A DNA stretch of 63,013 bases, filler included, from Reticulomyxa filosa (taxonomy: Eukaryota; Protista; Foraminifera): assembly GCA_000512085.1 (NCBI GenBank). It is 22 parts of 22 records of this genome, joined end to end, with 100 filler letters (N's around TTAATTAATTAA, not from the genome) between each part and the next. Parts side by side here need not be neighbours in the genome. Positions count along the whole stretch, not along the records: positions 1 to 6,469 come from ASPP01006258.1; positions 6,570 to 13,074 come from ASPP01020054.1; 20 more parts are not named here. One strand, written 5' to 3'. Position numbers and translations under genes: made by a program. Of the stretch, positions 1-11,900 are shown piece after piece (within the stretch, counting starts at the first letter, position 1; every line of letters starts with the position of its first letter). Under the pieces are notes generated by a model. It was given only the letters and a program-made list of their open reading frames with translations, ran no database searches and was not told the origin of the DNA.

Positions 1-1373
1 AGGGTAAGTCCCTATTATAACTTTCAAGGACCTTGGAACCCCCAGTAATTAAACTTACGACAACACATTCTCTTTTCTTGTATTCGTTGTATTCTCTGTC
101 TTTTGTGGATTTAATTAATTTCGTTTTATTCAAATTTTGTTTCTTGGGACAAAATCCCTTTCGTATTACATAATCTAACTCACTAGATATATTTTTTATT
201 TTGTATTATTTTAATAAAAAAATTTGATTTGTCTTTGTGATAATTTTTTAAAAGTTGTATATTTTATTGAGCGGATTGCTTCAATAAAATAAATCAAAAA
301 TATAACTAAACGTTTGTTTTATAAATTTTTATTTTTGTTTTCTAAAAAAATGTAAAGCTGAAAGTATGTAAAAATTTGAAAAAATGAAAAAATCATTCTA
401 TTAATAGCACACCCTTGGAAAAATAAGTTTTGTTTAATTCTTTTATAGCTAATTATCACCATTTTCTGTATCAAAAGACAAACCCTGCAATTGGTATGAT
501 TAGATAAACAAATTTAACAATGCATCGTTTTCACATTCTCTTGATTATTTCATTAAAATTTTTTTTAGGTGCAAACAACAAAAGAAAAAATGTTAAGTAA
601 AACATTTAAAAAAAGGTGTCTGTTTTGAAAAAGTTCCGATTGATACTCAATCTCACTTTCAGCATCGCTACCAGGACTCCAAAAAAATCATTAAGAAAAT
701 AAAAAATACAATCGTCCCCAATTTCACAGAGTTCCTGTTCCGCGTCTTTACCGAAAAGACGTCATGAAGGCCAATGACGTCATGGAGCCGGGACTCACTA
801 AAATCAGTGATTCCACAACGGTCATAACTTCCATGTTGGCAACGGAGTATCTATTTGCCACATGGTCCTGTTTCACAACTGTTTTGGAGTACAAAAATAT
901 TGGAGTCGATTTTTGACTTACCGTACCTGTAGAAGGGTAAATTTCCCTTTTCTGCGTTATGAAATAAAATTGTTACTTGCCTTGGAGTATATTGTTTTTA
1001 TTCATTTGTGAAAAAAATTTTTAAACAACTTTTCAACTGCGTAAAACTATCAGTCTATTGATTTATGTACAATAGTAATAACTGCTTATTTTAGTTTATA
1101 GATATAGTTTTTGTTTTTTCTCTTTATTCACCATCATCACTTTTCCAGCTCTGTTATTAAATTGTCACTCCTTTTTTTTTGTTATATTTTTTTGACATCG
1201 CATCCGCTTTTATTCATCGTTCCTTCTTTGAAAGTAAATCCAAAGTACAACTGGAACAACGTTTTAAAATAGACGCTACGGTATCGAATCTTCATCATCC
1301 CCTGTTTTCTGGGGCAAAATAATTTTTGTTCGTTTGTTTTTTTTTTTGCACTCTTAAGCGGGTTGCCTAGATC

Positions 1374-2671
1374 ATGACCAAATTTCACGTTAATAATCGT
1401 TTCACCGACCAACAGCAAGCAATATTGACAGGACTAAATGTGTCCGGCTCAGCTCTATCATTTTTGGGCTGCGTGTTCATTTTGGTCACGTACTGGTTTA
1501 CACCGTCGCTCCGGAAACTCGCCTTTCAATTACTTGTATACGTATCCATTGCTGATATGATGTCTTCGTTTGTAAATTTATGGGGTGATTTGCCCTCTGA
1601 CAACCCTGCTTGCAAAATCCAAGGCAAGTGTAGAAATTGGCAACACAGGACATTTTGTTTGTGTGTTTGTTTGATTGCTGCAGTAGCCACAATATTGCTT
1701 AGAAATCAAAACATGCAATAAACAGCGTTCGTGAGCGGGTATGGACGCCTCGCTTCATTCATGTGGGTCGGTTTCATTGCAGTAATGATGTACAGCTTGG
1801 TGTTTTCAACTAAGCATTGGGACGCACTAACCATTGGGAATATCACGAAGAAGGCCCATTTTTTTATTTGGACAATTGCCCTTGTATTGGCCGTTTTGCC
1901 ATTTACAACTGATTCTTATGAAAACACAGGCACAATTTTGTCTCCTTTTTTTTTTTATGTCCCATAAGTTTGCAGCAAGGACAAAAAAAAAACTACGTTG
2001 CACACAAAAGGTGGCTGGTGCTTCATCGGCCATGCGGCACGAGATCAAATATGGGGCATTGTATCATTTTATTTTTGGCTTTGGTTAGTAATGCTTTGCT
2101 CGATGGTATTGTATTGTAAGTTATATGCCAGAATTCGTGAGCTGGGCATTGAATGGGATCAGACACAAAAGGATTCGACACCCAATCCTTCTCAGACTCC
2201 GGTGGTCGTTGCAGAAGATGCGGAAGTGGTTGGCAACAAAGAAGCGCCTACCAATCTGCAACGCGGAGATTCAGACAGAGAGGCTATAAGCGAGGCTCAG
2301 TCGCAAAGGGTCTCAAATGATGAGCAAAGTGAGAAAAAGCAGAGACAAATGCTAAAAATGGTCCAGAGAATGTTCTTTTATCCTGCTGTTCTCTTTGTAT
2401 GTTATTTTTTCCCAACCTTTCGCAGGCTATGGAATTTTAGTGGTCAGGTAACACTTTCCATTCTTTTGTTCCGTGTTTCTATTCGACGCTAAGTTTGTGC
2501 ATGCATGTGCGATAATAGGATTCACCCTTTTGGATTGTGTGTTTGCGAGTGAGCACTGCTGCACTCTACGGATTTGGAAACAGCTTAATTTACGCACAAA
2601 CGGTATGGCCAAAAGTAAAAAAAGGCTTCACTCTTTTCCAAAAAGGTTCTTCCGCGGAACACAAAACTTGA
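1374..2671 (+). CDS. 7-TM GPCR, cAMP-receptor-like (Dictyostelium CAR / plant GCR1 type), 4 exons
   Basis: Exons 1374-1623, 1726-1929, 2011-2447, 2519-2671 join in frame. Motifs: SALSFLGCVFIL (TM1), VSIADM (TM2), CKIQAF (TM3), YENTGGWCFI (ECL2), RMFFYPAVLFVCYF (TM6), GFGNSLIYA (TM7). Introns 1 and 2 need GC donors. Confidence 0.85.
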
Positions 2672-2912
2672 ATAGTGTAATTTCAGAGACTTTATGTTAT
2701 TTTTCTATGTAATTTTTTTATGTTGTTTACTTGTAAATGAATCAAATTTCGTTTGCAACTGGCAATTGTGAAAAGTAAATTGTTTTTGAACGATTTCACC
2801 GATTTGTTCTTGTCATATTAAAATAAAAAAGAGCAAACGGACAAGTCCAAAACAAAATAATTTTACGAGCAAGTCAACAAATAAATAAAAAGTCGTTTGC
2901 ATTTTTGATGTT

Positions 2913-4874
2913 TCAACTTAAACCCAATGTGGCAATTGCTAACAAATCATCAATTTGGTCCCGTGATATTTCATTTTCAATTTGAGATTCAGAAGGATTC
3001 CCTAATGCTTTTGATGACTCAGTTTTTTGGTATTTTTTGATAACATCTGATAACTGCTGAAAGGTCACGCTTTGGCCTTTGTGGGCCAAATATTGAAAAA
3101 CGATTTTTGACCAAAGATCCGGGAGTAATTTCTGTGAAGGTTTTGTGTTTATGTCACAATATTTAAAAAAAGGAAAAGAAATAAATGATAACAATATAAA
3201 AAAGAAAACTTAACCGAAGGCGAACAGCGTTTGACAAAGGTGAGATTTTCAACAGAGCATTTGTCGATGTTGGCTTTGGTAATGCTAAATTTGAGAATAT
3301 CTCCGTCTTTCAGCTTGTAAAATTGAACTGCATGTTCAGGAACAGTTCCCAAGACAATTTCACTTTCTTCAAATGTTACCAACTTATTTTTGTTATTCGC
3401 CAACAGTTTCAAGTTTATGATTTGCTTGAACTCGGTCGAGTCTTTTGAAGTTGATTCATCGTTTGTCTTGTCGCTCAACTCAACATCGCCCTGCTCCAAA
3501 AACCAGGGACTGACTTTGGCGTCCTTCCAAATCAGTAGCAAAGGACTATTCAAGCCTTTTTCAAACATCAGCACAACCAATTCCAAATGCATACACAACA
3601 ATAAGAATTTTTTTTAACAAAGTCAACAAAGCAAAACATACCAGGTTCATAGCGGCCATACTTGTGAAAAAAAAACACTCCATCCCAATAAGGTAGACCC
3701 CCCGATTGTTGTTGCTGTTGTTGTTGCTGTTGTTGTTGCTGTTGTTGTTGCTGTTGTTGTTGCTGTTGTTGTTGCTGTTGTTGTTGCTGTTGTTGTTGCT
3801 GTTGTTGCTGTTGCTGTTGTCGCTGTTGCGACTTGGACAAATTGCTTTCAACAGCGAGAGAATAAAGCTTGGACCAAGATTCAGATGTAATGTCCATAAC
3901 ACAGTCCAAAGGCAGAAAACGAAAGCGATTGGATTTGGAGATTTGATCAATGTGTGGTGTTTCCTCCTTCAATTTGCTATTGATCCACCACATTCGCATT
4001 GTCGCATCGCAGTCGTAAACAGGGTGGTTGCGCCAACACAAGATATCGATCACATAATACGTGCGGTTCGTCGAGCAATAGATGCAATCCAAAACACACA
4101 AGTCGTTCTTTTCAGCTTCCTCTTCGTTGTTCTTGGAGTCTTCGTTGGACTTTTGCTGATTACTTTTAAGGCGATACTTCCCCCCAGGGAGCAACGACGG
4201 AAAGCGGTGCTGGATATTCCCATTACGATTTCGCGAAACTGTTTTTCCATTACTGCTTACCACGAGACAACGCTCTCCTTCTGGTCTCAGTGCCATAAAC
4301 CACTAGAGGAAGGGATAAAAGGGGGGGGGGGGGACATTTTTTTTTTTAAAATTATCCTATTTCTTTTTTCTCATAATATCGCAGCAACAAAAAAAAAAAC
4401 ACACACACACAACTTAACTAACACAAAACAGCAGACAAAACAGATGGATATTTTATGGTTGGACTGACGTGAGAAGGGAAATCATCGGGAATATCTGTAA
4501 GCCAATCATGGTGCATAAACTCTTGTGCACATTTCTGTCTTTTCAGTCGCGCGTCACTCATTTCCGTTTCTCTTTCTTTTCGTTTTTGCCGGCGTCGCTT
4601 CTTATTGTTGCCTTTCTTTATCACTCGGTCCACTTGTAGACGTCTGGCTTTGCTCTCTTATATCACTGTCCGCTTGTTGGGTTAACGCCTTTGCCAACTT
4701 TCGTGCTTTTTCCAATATTTCATGTCGTCTTTCTTGCCGCTTTTGTAAAAACTCTTCCCTTCTTTTCTCGGTATATTTCCCAATCAAATTTGCTTGAAAG
4801 GCGCGCCGGTTTGTGGTGTCATTATGAGATTTAAAAATTGAAAAATCTTCATCTCCAAATTTTTCAAAGGACAT
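2913..4874 (-). CDS. SNUPN: Snurportin-1 (m3G-cap snRNP import adaptor) with polyQ insertion and one apparent frameshift
   Basis: IBB-like RREEFLQKRQERRHEILEKARKLA; FMHHDWLTDIPDDF; PEGERCLVVSSNGKT; LDCIY..YYVIDILCW..HPVYDC; DGVFFFHK..YEPG. Introns 4468-4303, 3641-3556, 3214-3132. Frame change near 4600-4690. Confidence 0.9.
3706..3828 (-). repeat. Coding (CAG CAA CAA CAA)n repeat giving a polyQ tract of about 38 residues
   Basis: Plus strand shows tandem 12-nt TTGTTGTTGCTG units inside the snurportin exon. Confidence 0.95.
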
Positions 4875-5267
4875 GATGTGAAAATGAAAATACAACACAA
4901 ACAAAAATTATCATTTTTGACACCCGTGGACCTTTAGCACTAAAAATTATTTACAACCAACAAAGAAATCATATCTTTGGATTTACTTTCTTACACGGCG
5001 TTTTTCTTCTTTTTGTTGCACAGGTCTACAGAGGGACTCCTGTTCTTACATTGGGATATATCCTATCATATTAATGTTCTTATTGACGAACATTAGCAAG
5101 TGCTAAGTTAATAATATTTGGGCGTGATTACTCTAATACAATTTAGAAAGTGTTCTACAACTAGTTGTGACGAGTTCAAAAATCTGGTTTAATGTTCAAT
5201 TTCAAAAAAATTTATTACATTAATAATTATTTGCAACACAGATAAGTACTCTTTTCGTAAGGTAAAA

Positions 5268-6390
5268 ATGAATAGAATCAATACCAATCAACCAATAATC
5301 TTTGAAACTTTGTCTCCTCTACCTTTTGCAACTACCCTTGTTCAATGTGTGGCTGTGAAAGACGAAATACTTATATGTAAAAGCTCTGAAGATTATAAAA
5401 ATAGTTGCTTTTCTTACCATGTAACAAAGAAAAAATCCAAAAAATCTGCGACTATCCATTGAATGTTACGACGGTTGGACATTGTGTCGTAAAGCGTATA
5501 CATAATAACAATGTAAACAACGTTTCGTTGCTATCTTTTGGAGGAAGAGAAAAGCATACATTGGTGATGCGTTACACAAGCGTGTGGAGAAATAACAATA
5601 AGATGAAGAATAACATTGCGTACAATCAATGGATTCCATTAACCGATAATTTCAAAAAAATGGTTAAGATTGGTAGAGATGAGGATAATTATGAAGGAGT
5701 ACGTGCAGTGATTAGTGGAAGCAATAATCATTTATTGTTTATTTCCTATAAGCCAAGAAATCTTGATGTATTTGACCTGAATACACTGCAATATATTTCC
5801 CGTAATACTTTATCAATTGACGATTTGCTTGGCTATCATTGCTTTACTTTGATGATAGAACACCCACCAAGAATGGTGATCAATAAAAAAAAAGTAATAT
5901 GTTTTTGTTCTGTAAGAACAGTGGACTATCAATTGAATACAATGAGAGTGTCAATACATTTCAATTTCGTCAATTGCAAATTTTCCCGGCATTGGCATCG
6001 TCTATTAAATACGCTTATGTGTGCATTGAAAATGCCATTTTATTTTTTGGTGGATATGATATTGGTCGCGTTGCTTGCTCCAAAAAAATATACATGTATT
6101 CGATTAAGGAAGACAAGTGGAAAAAACTGGACTATACTTTGCCGTGTCCACTATTCGATTGTGTTGCGCTATTGACTGAACATGACAAATTTGTGCATAT
6201 CATCGGAAGAGGTAATAGACATCAACCCATGCACAAAAAGATTAACTTGAAGAAGTGGATGAAAGAAGAGATGAAAAGAGAAAATGCTTTGGCTATAATT
6301 GAAGGAGAGAAAAGAGACATACAAGCGATTAAAAAGGAAATTGCAGGAATTGCCGAAATAAAAGATGGATTCAAATTGAAAAAGTTGAAG
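5268..6390 (+). pseudogene. Kelch-like beta-propeller family member, frameshifted and 3'-truncated by contig end
   Basis: Three overlapping ORFs (5268, 5405, 5899) switch frame at A-runs near 5430 and 5890. Motifs QCV..KDEILIC, CFSYH, GHCVVK, LLSFGG, YAYVCI.NAILFFGG, LPCPL. Colinear with the copy at 51708. Confidence 0.8.
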
Positions 6391-6469
6391 GTGGGAAAAA
6401 AGGTTTTGAGATATAAATATTTCATTTGTCGTCTTTTATCCCTTTTTTTTTTTTTTTTTTTTTTTTTTT

Positions 6470-6569
6470 NNNNNNNNNNNNNNNNNNNNNNNNNNNNNNN
6501 NNNNNNNNNNNNNTTAATTAATTAANNNNNNNNNNNNNNNNNNNNNNNNNNNNNNNNNNNNNNNNNNNN
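6470..6569. other. Artificial contig-joining linker (first of 21)
   Basis: N44-TTAATTAATTAA-N44, with stops in all six frames. Identical linkers start at 6470, 13075, 15494, 17534, 21212, 23925, 25187, 26449, 27612, 29680, 31584, 33693, 40238, 41418, 43314, 45573, 46783, 47912, 49563, 51159 and 54060. Confidence 0.99.
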
Positions 6570-6582
6570 GGGGTCAAATAAA

Positions 6583-7287
6583 TTATCCACCATTCACGTA
6601 AGACATGACAATTCTGTGAGGACTCCAATAAACCTCACTGGAATTGGCCCAGTACCCACTTCGACCGAACTGCTTTTGAATGGCGGACGAATTTTCAAAA
6701 GGGTAAGGTTCGAGGGCGTCGTACACATGGAAGAAGCCGGGTGTGAACTTAGGACGCGCGGGTGTCCATTCCGGAGTGACGATGGGATAACCAAACAAAG
6801 ATGCGCGACCAAAGGCTTCGCCAATGGCCCAAAAGCTCACAAAATTCAATAGCCAAAGACTTCCGTGGGCCAAGTCATGTCCGGTCCATGTGAAGGGTTG
6901 TCTCAAACGCTCTTTGATATACGCCCATTCGCATTTGGCTGCACGTACTACTGTCTTTCGGCTGTACCATCGTCTTGCCCAATATTCGGCACGATATATC
7001 CAGATTTGGTTTCTCAATACTCGCAATGGAGTTCTTTGTGCATCCACACGCATTGCTATATGCTTCAGCCAATCATATCTCCATCGTGCTGCCAAAAATG
7101 TCAACAATGTAGGCGCTTCATCGTATGTTGAATATCGAGATGGAAGTACCATTTGTCCGTAACCACGGTTCCATGCCATATCCATAAACTTTTCCGCATA
7201 TTTCGTGTTCAATGCTCCCCACTTTCCCCAGTAGGGCGCTTTCACTGTTGCTTTCTCAATCGCTCGCTTGCCTGCTGGAGAACTCAT
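6583..7287 (-). CDS. Mitochondrial F1Fo ATP synthase subunit g-like protein with long N- and C-terminal extensions (234 aa, single exon)
   Basis: FWAIGEAFGRASLFGYP matches the subunit g signature F..GE..GR....GY. It is preceded by CEWAYIKERL..DLAHGSLWLL, similar to plant subunit g. Confidence 0.72.
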   Translation of the reverse strand: MSSPAGKRAIEKATVKAPYWGKWGALNTKYAEKFMDMAWNRGYGQMVLPSRYSTYDEAPTLLTFLAARWRYDWLKHIAMRVDAQRTPLRVLRNQIWIYRAEYWARRWYSRKTVVRAAKCEWAYIKERLRQPFTWTGHDLAHGSLWLLNFVSFWAIGEAFGRASLFGYPIVTPEWTPARPKFTPGFFHVYDALEPYPFENSSAIQKQFGRSGYWANSSEVYWSPHRIVMSYVNGG

Positions 7288-7755
7288 TCTTTAGTCACTT
7301 TTAGCTTACAAATGATTTTGCTTTCAAAATATTGCACAATCACTTTGGATTGTTACAAAAATTATAAACTTTGATGATGATAATAGGGGACAACGAATTT
7401 AATTTTTTTTAGCTCAACTTGTCTTCCAACTACACTGTTTAAATTATATCAAGGATTTATTTATATTTGGGCTATCCTTTAATGAATATCCTCACTAATT
7501 GGTCTCTAGAGTAAACTACAGATAATAAATGTGGAATGTGCAAGACTAATTGTTTCAGCCAAAACGATAGTCCCAGAAAAAACAAGTGCAAATGATTGTA
7601 TTTGACATACATTCTCAAATCACGTAAGTACTTTTGTTTCCAAAAAAAAAAAAATTTCTTAAGAAGGAACAAAAAAGTGCAATAATAAAAGCATAAAGAA
7701 ATTTAGCTCATTGCTTTAGACGTTAACATTATATTGGATCAACTCAATTAAAGCA

Positions 7756-8424
7756 ATGACGTTTAGTGTTTCGAGTGGTATTATCTCTGGCTCTGGTAAA
7801 AACAAGGCGTTTTACCAACGAAAAACGTAACACTTTAATAGACAAAAAGAGCCTGAAAAACATGAAAAGACAGAAACAAAGAAGGAGACATTGGCACTAG
7901 GAAAAATGAAAGTGTTGTTTTCTGAGAAGCAAATCGATGACCGAGTACGTGAAATGGGGGCACAAATATCAAAAGACTACGCGAATAAGCAATTAATTGT
8001 GGTCGGGCTGTTAAAAGGTGCATTTATGTTTCTGTCGGATTTGGTGAAGAGAATAACCGTACCAATGGAAATCGATTTCATGATACTGTCCAGTTATGAA
8101 GGAACAAATAGCCGAGGAAGCGTATGTGTGCAAAAAGACATGCAAACCGATCCAATGGGAAAAGATATTTTGATCGTCGAAGATTTGATCGACACCGGAA
8201 CCACACTGGCCTGGCTTTGCCATCATTTGCAAAGCAAAAAATGCAAAAGTGTGAGGCTTTGTACTTTCTTAAATAAACAAACTTCACGTCGTATTAAACA
8301 AGTCAATATTGACTACGTTGGTTTTGAGTGTACTGACGAGTTTGTTGTTGGCTATGGCATGGACTATAATCAACAGTTGAGGAACTTGCCTTACGTCGGC
8401 TTCTTTGAGCAAGAAAAATTATAA
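7756..8424 (+). CDS. HPRT: Hypoxanthine-guanine phosphoribosyltransferase
   Basis: GLLKGAFMFLSDL; PRPP-binding ILIVEDLIDTGTTL; DYVGFE..DEFVVGYGMDY..LRNLPY. Likely 5-nt first coding exon (ATGAC, 7756-7760) plus intron 7761-7841. Alternative start at ATG 7906. Confidence 0.95.
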
Positions 8425-8985
8425 ATAAATGCATGTAATAAATTCAATTTGTAATTTTGAATGAAATCTTTTCCTTTTCTTAACTTTAGCCTGGCGCAAA
8501 TCGTAAAAACAAAGAGGTGAAAATGACTTGTTTTCGCACTTCAAAAAATATTTTTGTCAAAAAAAAAAACGCTTGGTCAGTTTTCTTGAAGAAAAATCAT
8601 AATCAGTTCTTTAATTTCGACCCGTAATTATGTGGAAGGCACAAAGTTTTTGTACCCAAAAATTATCCATCAGATTGTACAACCGACCCAAGTATCAAAA
8701 ATCTGGTCTTTGTTTTTAAATTGTGCTGAAGGAAAAATAGAAAATCAAAAATTATATGTTTGGAGAAAAAAGAATTGGCTCAAGAGATAGGCGAAAAAAA
8801 AAGAATTGTCAATGTTATTTCTTTTTAGTTCTATGTGCAAAAGTTTTACAAAAACAAAACAAAAAAAAATGAACAAGAACGGCCAGAGCCATTTACACAA
8901 AGAATCACACAATGTGGTTCACTCCAAATGAACGAATCGACAAACATAAAAACAAAAACAACCAATATATATGATAGTGTGCAAT

Positions 8986-11900
8986 TTATTTGTCTTCCTG
9001 CCATTGAGGTGAAAATCTGTCAATTGGTTGTTGGAGAGTTTTAAAGTGTGACTCCAAGACAGCAGTAATGAGGTCAATATTTTTTTCCATATCTTGCCAT
9101 CCCTGAAGCAATCCTCTGACAAAAGGTTTGTAGCCTTCCATAACTGTGTCCGTGACTTCTTTGGTCTTCCAGAAAGGTCCTTTCGTTTTTGGAGCCGGAT
9201 TCAAATCTGCCGGATATAATCTTTGTAATTTATCCAAATAAATGGTCGGATCCAATAACCGATAACGGTGTGTTAATCCTGTCAAATACAATATTGTCGT
9301 TCCAGCCCATAGCCAACCGTCACCAAAATAGGCCTTCATTTTATTTTTATTATTATCATTATTATTGGTATTATTTTTCATTCATACAAAATATATATAT
9401 ATATTTTTTTTTTAACAGTGGATCCACTTATTACATATGTATATGCATATATATAAAGCATATTTGTAGGTACACATACACATAAAGAAGAACAAAGAGA
9501 AGCACAAAGTTACAAAACTCGATCGGATATGTATCCTTGTTCTTTTTGTTTTTCTTCTTCCTCAGGTGAATAATCAGGACACAAGAAAATCCAAGTGGCA
9601 ACACTCCAGAAGCGTGCAAAATCCTTTGGATTTTCGTGATCCAAAATACCGTTGTTTGGTTCCGGTCCTTTCCACTCTTCCAACAGTTTTGTTTCCTCCA
9701 GCAATTTGTACAAATAGTCCAAAGTGGCACTGAACAGCCACCCTCCGTTTTCGCGCAAGTACGCATGTCGGAACATAGCAGTGCGAATGGACGTTTCGAA
9801 AAGCTGTTGTTCCTTGACCATGGAGACGCCTCGTTTGTCTGCCTTCATGGCACTCAAAGTCTGTTTCAAGACGGTGACAAAGGGCGACTCTTTGGGTTTG
9901 ATCGACACAGCAGCGGCAGTGGTGTACTTGACGGACTCTTGCGTCTTCATGTCTTCGGGCAAAGTGGCGGGTTCTTCTCCAATGTAGAAAGCGCGGATTT
10001 GATGTTCAAGGAGCGACTCATGCGTCAATACTTCATCGACCAATTGGACCAAGCACAAGGCATTACCAGCTTCCCTCATCAAATTGAACACATCTTCGCG
10101 CAATGCCGGATACGCTTTGATATTTTTCAAGCGCAGGTCGTAAAAGCCATACACACCCAACACACCGTAATGAGCGGGCTGTAGTTTCATCGGGTCCAAT
10201 GCCTTCAAGATTTCCGTTATGTAAGGACTGACATCTCGAATGATCACATGTGCCACCATTTTGACCATTTCGTCCACCAACAGTGACATCGACTCCATGC
10301 CCAGCAGCGTCACAATGCTGTGCAAGTGCTCCACGCCAAAGAATCCACGCGTGACTTTGAACTGCTCATGATAGATCTTCGTGAAGCGCGACCCCCATAA
10401 AAATGAGTTTTCAACGCGCTTGGAGTTCTTGGAACGTTCCAGACCGACGAACCTTCGCGTCAAAGTGTTGAAGACGGAATGTCGCAACAAACCGCTAAAC
10501 ATTTGGTTATACGTGGCCAAGAACAATCTCCCACGGAACGAGCCGATGGTGGTGTCTTCATTGACTTCGGCCAAGGTGTCTTCAAAAGGGTCGATACCGG
10601 GCAGTTCCTCGCGTAAGAAATCGACAGTGAGTCTCAGCGTGGCCATTAAATGTTCAATCTCCATGGCAGCGGAAATGCTACCCATCGCCTCGTAACGCGA
10701 GACGACAGCATCAATATTTTCGCGCACGTAGCTGTTGAGTTGTTCGGTGAGCAGGGCCTGAATGTCGACAGCACGTCCGAGCACGTGGAGCGACTTTTGT
10801 TGAAACACAGGCGTGTAGCGAGCATAATTGAGCTTCATGACGTTTTTGCCGAGATGAATGCGCAGCTCTTCCATTCTTCGTTGAAACGGTTTGTCCAGCA
10901 GTACACTGGCGGCCTTATTTTTATAGTAATCAAAGATCTTTTGATACAAGGTAAAGATGAGTTGGTCAAAGACCAGATTGACCTCGGCCTCGATCTCGTC
11001 GAATAGATGTTGCTGATGGAATACGCTCAAAGCCATTTCGGCACTATCGTTATAAATGCTGAGTGGGAAGAATACATTGGGTGCGAGCGACGGAGTATTC
11101 ATGGCAAAGTCGACCAGCATCCAGGGCAATGACATGGCAATGGGGAATTGAATACAGTCGGTGATATTCAAATAAAATTCGCGATACCAAAGATCAGACA
11201 AGTTGGTGGCCAGATTGATCGTGTCTGTCAAGTTGTTCAGACGCGTCACAAAGCCTAACAAATCAAACATTTGCTCAAAGCCTTGTTTTTCTTCTTTCTT
11301 CAAGCTTTGTCGGCAAAGAACCCGCCACCCATGCCTTTGCTCTCGTCGCTATATACGTGGAACAGCAAGCGTCGCAACATCAGCACCTGCGTGCGCGTGG
11401 GGAACACATTGCGTGCGGGCCACTTATGCGGCTCCATCTTCTTCAGTTCCTTGTCCTTGTTCTTCTTAAAGTCCTCGCGCAGCTTGGTAATGTCATAGCA
11501 GTCGGCAATGACCAGACGTATCTTCAGCAACGTGTCGTTGAGGTCCCCTTTTTTTTTTATGCGACCGATACAATGGGTGCAGCAGTGTGTTGTGGGCAAA
11601 CTCTTGCAATTGCTCGTGCACGTAGCGCGCGAGCACAGGTCGCACAAACGACTCGTTTTCCAAGATCAAATTGGACAGTCCTTTGATCAGTCCAATGATT
11701 TCCACCATCGCATACTTTAGTTCGTTCTCGTAATTGTATCTAGTGATCTGCTCGTATACTTCTGCCTTGCCTCCTTTGCCCCCAAATGTGGCGTACTTGG
11801 ACGCGTCAATGGGGTTGTTGGCCTTGAATACCACTTGCTCCTGCACGTGACATGTCCAATCGCCGACGTGCTTGATGCCTTGCAACATTACTTCGTACGT

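Noticed and set aside
3706-4467. Poly-Leu ORF and other long antisense ORFs (9636-10184, 13293-13943, 37787-38404, 45625-46306)
   Set aside because: They are shadows of real genes or repeats on the opposite strand.
4602-4604. Stop-codon reassignment (TAA as Gln) as an alternative genetic code
   Set aside because: Homology continues in a different frame, and TAA and TGA terminate intact genes normally (HPRT TAA, DGAT2 TGA).
7827-7841. 15-nt GT-AG micro-intron removing a stop upstream of HPRT
   Set aside because: An 81-nt intron from 7761 uses the same acceptor and phase and fits local intron size and donor style better.
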